The position numbers and the translations under genes are program-made. From the IMG/VR virus record IMGVR_UViG_3300025751_000141, positions 1-24,734 of that record: DNA of 24,734 bases. The stretch is one strand, 5' to 3'. Numbering within the stretch: position 1 is the stretch's first letter; every line of letters begins with the position of its first letter. Under the pieces are notes generated by a model that saw nothing but the letters and a program-made list of their open reading frames with translations, was not told where the DNA came from and did no database searches. Below, piece by piece: positions 22,355 through 24,734 of this stretch. This DNA is from a virus. Taxonomy: Duplodnaviria; Caudoviricetes.

Positions 22355-24732
22355 TATCCGCGACCTCCTCTTGAGCCTCTATAGCCGGGCGGGAACGTGC
22401 CCATTTTTGGTGGTGATTTAGGCGGTGCTGGAAGAGGCTTGATTCCTGCCGTGCCAGCCGGTACGCGCTCATCAAGTCGTCCACGTAGGTTAGCAATCTG
22501 CTCTCGAATTCCACCTAAATCTACCTGCGGGATGTCAATTCCCTCTCTAACTCTTCGGGCAATAGCGTCCATATCTACCGTAGGCCTTTCGTCCATACGG
22601 CCTCGCAGATTAGCAATTTGCTCTCGGATTCCGCCTAAATCGACCTGTGGGATGTCAATACCTTCTCTGACTCTTCGGGCAATAGCATCCATGTCGACTG
22701 TAGGCCTTTCGTCTAAACGACCACGTAGTTGCGCAATTCTCTCAGTCAACGGGGTTACCTGCCCCCTGACCTCTTCCAGTCTGCCGCCAAGGCGCTCTTC
22801 AATAGCGCGACGACCAGCCGTTGCTTCGCCCTGTCTTTCTCGCAAAGCCGCCAAACGCTCTTGTAGCGGATCAATACGTCCACCAACTTCTTGTATGGCG
22901 CGCTGACTAGCTGATTGCTGTGCTTGCTGTTGCTCTCTCAATCCAGCTAGTTCAGCGTCTCGGACACTCGCTCTGGCGCTTGCTTCTGAGTCTAAGCGCT
23001 CTTGTTCAGACCGTAGTCTTTCAGATTGCTCTCTGAATGAGGCCGATGATGATTCAAGCTGACCACGAAGATCCGCGATTCTTGGGTTGATTCCACTGCG
23101 TACACGCTCTGCAATAGCCGCTTCGTCAGGACCTTCACGGCTTTCTACCGCACGTAGCCTTTCAAGCACCTCTGGTGGTAATCCACGGTTTTCTAAAGCC
23201 GCTATCTGCGTTTGTAGTTGAGATGGGTCAAATGTTTCTCCCGGCATATTGCCAAGTCGACCGCGCAATTCACCAATTTGCTCTCTAATAGTAGACAAAT
23301 CAGGCCCTTGACGCCCTTCTACTGCGCGTAGCCGCTCAAGTACGTCAGGGTCCATTCGTCCGCGTCCTTCCTCAAACCTACGGCGTAACTCTTCAATCTG
23401 ACGTTGCGCGTCAGGGTTAATGCCGATGGCTTGTCGAGCATCAATGCCCTCTTGAACTCGACGACGAATATCTTCGATATCAATGTTTGGCAATCCCTCA
23501 AGGCGACCACGTAAGTTACCAATCTGCTCGCTAATGGACGATGGATCAAACTGCTGTCTAAACTGCGCGACTGATTCGCGGACACTATTAACCCGCTCCT
23601 CTACCGGCGTAAGGCGCTGGTTAAGTTCTGCGCGTAAGCCAGCAATTTCTTGCTCAGGGGCGCCAGCATCAATACTGTCTTGAATCCGGCGCTGTAGTGA
23701 CTCAATGTCTACCCGCTCCTGTTCTGGTAGCTGGCTAATAATTTGTTGGCGTATTGCATCAACATCAATATCAGGCAGTGCGCCGACTTGACCACGTAGT
23801 TCACCTATCTGCTCGGCAACACTGCCACGAGACTCTTGTAGCCCCTGTAACTGCTCCTCAACGGGGCGAATCCGGTTCTGTAGCTCTTGACGTAAAGCGT
23901 CAATTTGCTCAGGCGGTGCACCACGGTCGATACTCTCTTGAATCTGTCGACGTAAGTTTTCTACATCCACCTGCTCCTGCTCTGGTAAAAGACGCATCAC
24001 CTCATCACGAATTTGAGTTACGTCAGGAAAATCTTGCTGAGCAAGAGCAAGAACCTCTCCTGTAATCTCTCTGCGTAACGCTTCCGTGTCTATTTGTTCT
24101 GGCATTTGACCAAGAATGTCTTGGCGCAACTGAGCGCCAAAGGCGTCTAAGTCTGGGCCTTCTTGCCCCTCTAGCGCCGCAATTCGATCCATGAGCGCCT
24201 GACGCTCTGAAGATGCCATATCTGTTTGTTGTTGTGCTTGTTGCTGTGCCGCCTCTTGAGCCGACTGAATCTGTTGTGCGAACTGATCGTACTGCGCTTG
24301 CAAGCCGGGTTGTTGCGCCTGCATAGCCGCCAAACCACCAGAACCTCCGGCATCGCTGTATCCGTAAGAAGGCATATCTGTCGATGGCATCGATGTTTCA
24401 GGGCGAGCGCCTCGGTCAAACACTGACCGATTCATCAAAAAGTCGGTGGCCCCTGCATAGGGGCTTTGCCCTGAAGAGTATTCTTGAAAGGCGCGCGACA
24501 TGAGATTGTCGTAAGAGCCAGCTCCGGGATCGCCGAACAAGTCGTCAAATCCGCCCATAGCAGGAGGAGGTACGGGTCCACCGGTCATTGGTGGTGGCAT
24601 AGGCCCCGACATTATTGGCGGCTGTTTTACGGGAGGAAGCGGCTTAATGCCAGCCGTTCCGGGAGGCACATAATTTGGGCTAGAGGGATCTACTCGAGGC
24701 CCGGCACTGCCAAGCGGGTATTCCCCCGTTCC
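22354..24732 (-). CDS. Large repeat-rich coiled-coil protein (>792 aa; N-terminus beyond the right edge)
   Basis: The frame stays open upstream of GTG 24669 to the window edge (GTGEYPLGSAGPRVDPSSPNYVPPG...). Pro-rich ends and an E/Q/R-rich helical body with internal repeats. Confidence 0.8.
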   Translation of the reverse strand, partial: GTGEYPLGSAGPRVDPSSPNYVPPGTAGIKPLPPVKQPPIMSGPMPPPMTGGPVPPPAMGGFDDLFGDPGAGSYDNLMSRAFQEYSSGQSPYAGATDFLMNRSVFDRGARPETSMPSTDMPSYGYSDAGGSGGLAAMQAQQPGLQAQYDQFAQQIQSAQEAAQQQAQQQTDMASSERQALMDRIAALEGQEGPDLDAFGAQLRQDILGQMPEQIDTEALRREITGEVLALAQQDFPDVTQIRDEVMRLLPEQEQVDVENLRRQIQESIDRGAPPEQIDALRQELQNRIRPVEEQLQGLQESRGSVAEQIGELRGQVGALPDIDVDAIRQQIISQLPEQERVDIESLQRRIQDSIDAGAPEQEIAGLRAELNQRLTPVEERVNSVRESVAQFRQQFDPSSISEQIGNLRGRLEGLPNIDIEDIRRRVQEGIDARQAIGINPDAQRQIEELRRRFEEGRGRMDPDVLERLRAVEGRQGPDLSTIREQIGELRGRLGNMPGETFDPSQLQTQIAALENRGLPPEVLERLRAVESREGPDEAAIAERVRSGINPRIADLRGQLESSSASFREQSERLRSEQERLDSEASARASVRDAELAGLREQQQAQQSASQRAIQEVGGRIDPLQERLAALRERQGEATAGRRAIEERLGGRLEEVRGQVTPLTERIAQLRGRLDERPTVDMDAIARRVREGIDIPQVDLGGIREQIANLRGRMDERPTVDMDAIARRVREGIDIPQVDLGGIREQIANLRGRLDERVPAGTAGIKPLPAPPKSPPKMGTFPPGYRGSRGGRG
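22490..22729 (-). repeat. Intragenic tandem repeat, 2 x 120 nt (40 aa)
   Basis: Lines 22501 and 22621 align at a 120-nt offset; both encode ERPTVDMDAIARRVREGIDIPQVDLGGIREQIANLRGR. Confidence 0.9.
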
Positions 24733-24734
24733 GT

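Noticed and set aside
1-24734. tRNA, rRNA, CRISPR array, integrase/transposase, reverse transcriptase/DGR
   Set aside because: None seen by eye. Intergenic gaps are short and accounted for, and the 120-nt repeat differs at synonymous sites rather than specifically at adenines.

Overview
The whole window is a gene-dense fragment of a tailed dsDNA bacteriophage, most likely a short-tailed (podovirus-type) aquatic phage. Its structural gene set resembles my recollection of HTVC010P-like/uncultured marine phages; the host cannot be determined from the sequence. Left to right: (i) a truncated Toprim/TraC-type primase (-) divergent from a replication/recombination block (SSB-like protein, DUF3310, RecE/DUF3799-like exonuclease, wHTH protein; +); (ii) a cluster of small leftward early-type genes with two paralogous promoters, a terminator and an Ocr-like acidic DNA-mimic candidate; (iii) a 2OG-Fe(II) oxygenase divergent from an un-called ribbon-helix-helix gene; (iv) an ~18 kb leftward late operon with a repeat-rich coiled-coil protein, two small basic proteins, two head-tail adaptor-like proteins, a glycosyltransferase-like enzyme, a tail nozzle and four large putative ejection proteins. 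The most striking unexplained signal is a short [FYMLKA]-x-x-G-G-x-[V/I/other] tag present 10 times in five otherwise unrelated late proteins. One of these proteins also carries two copies of a D-x3-A-x-L-x2-GE-x-[VI] domain, suggesting a tag-and-reader (capsid loading or maturation cleavage) system. A 901-aa Gln/Gly protein with two length-matched ~15 x 18-residue arms is a candidate DNA ejection tube. All family assignments come from motif recognition by eye, not from database searches.
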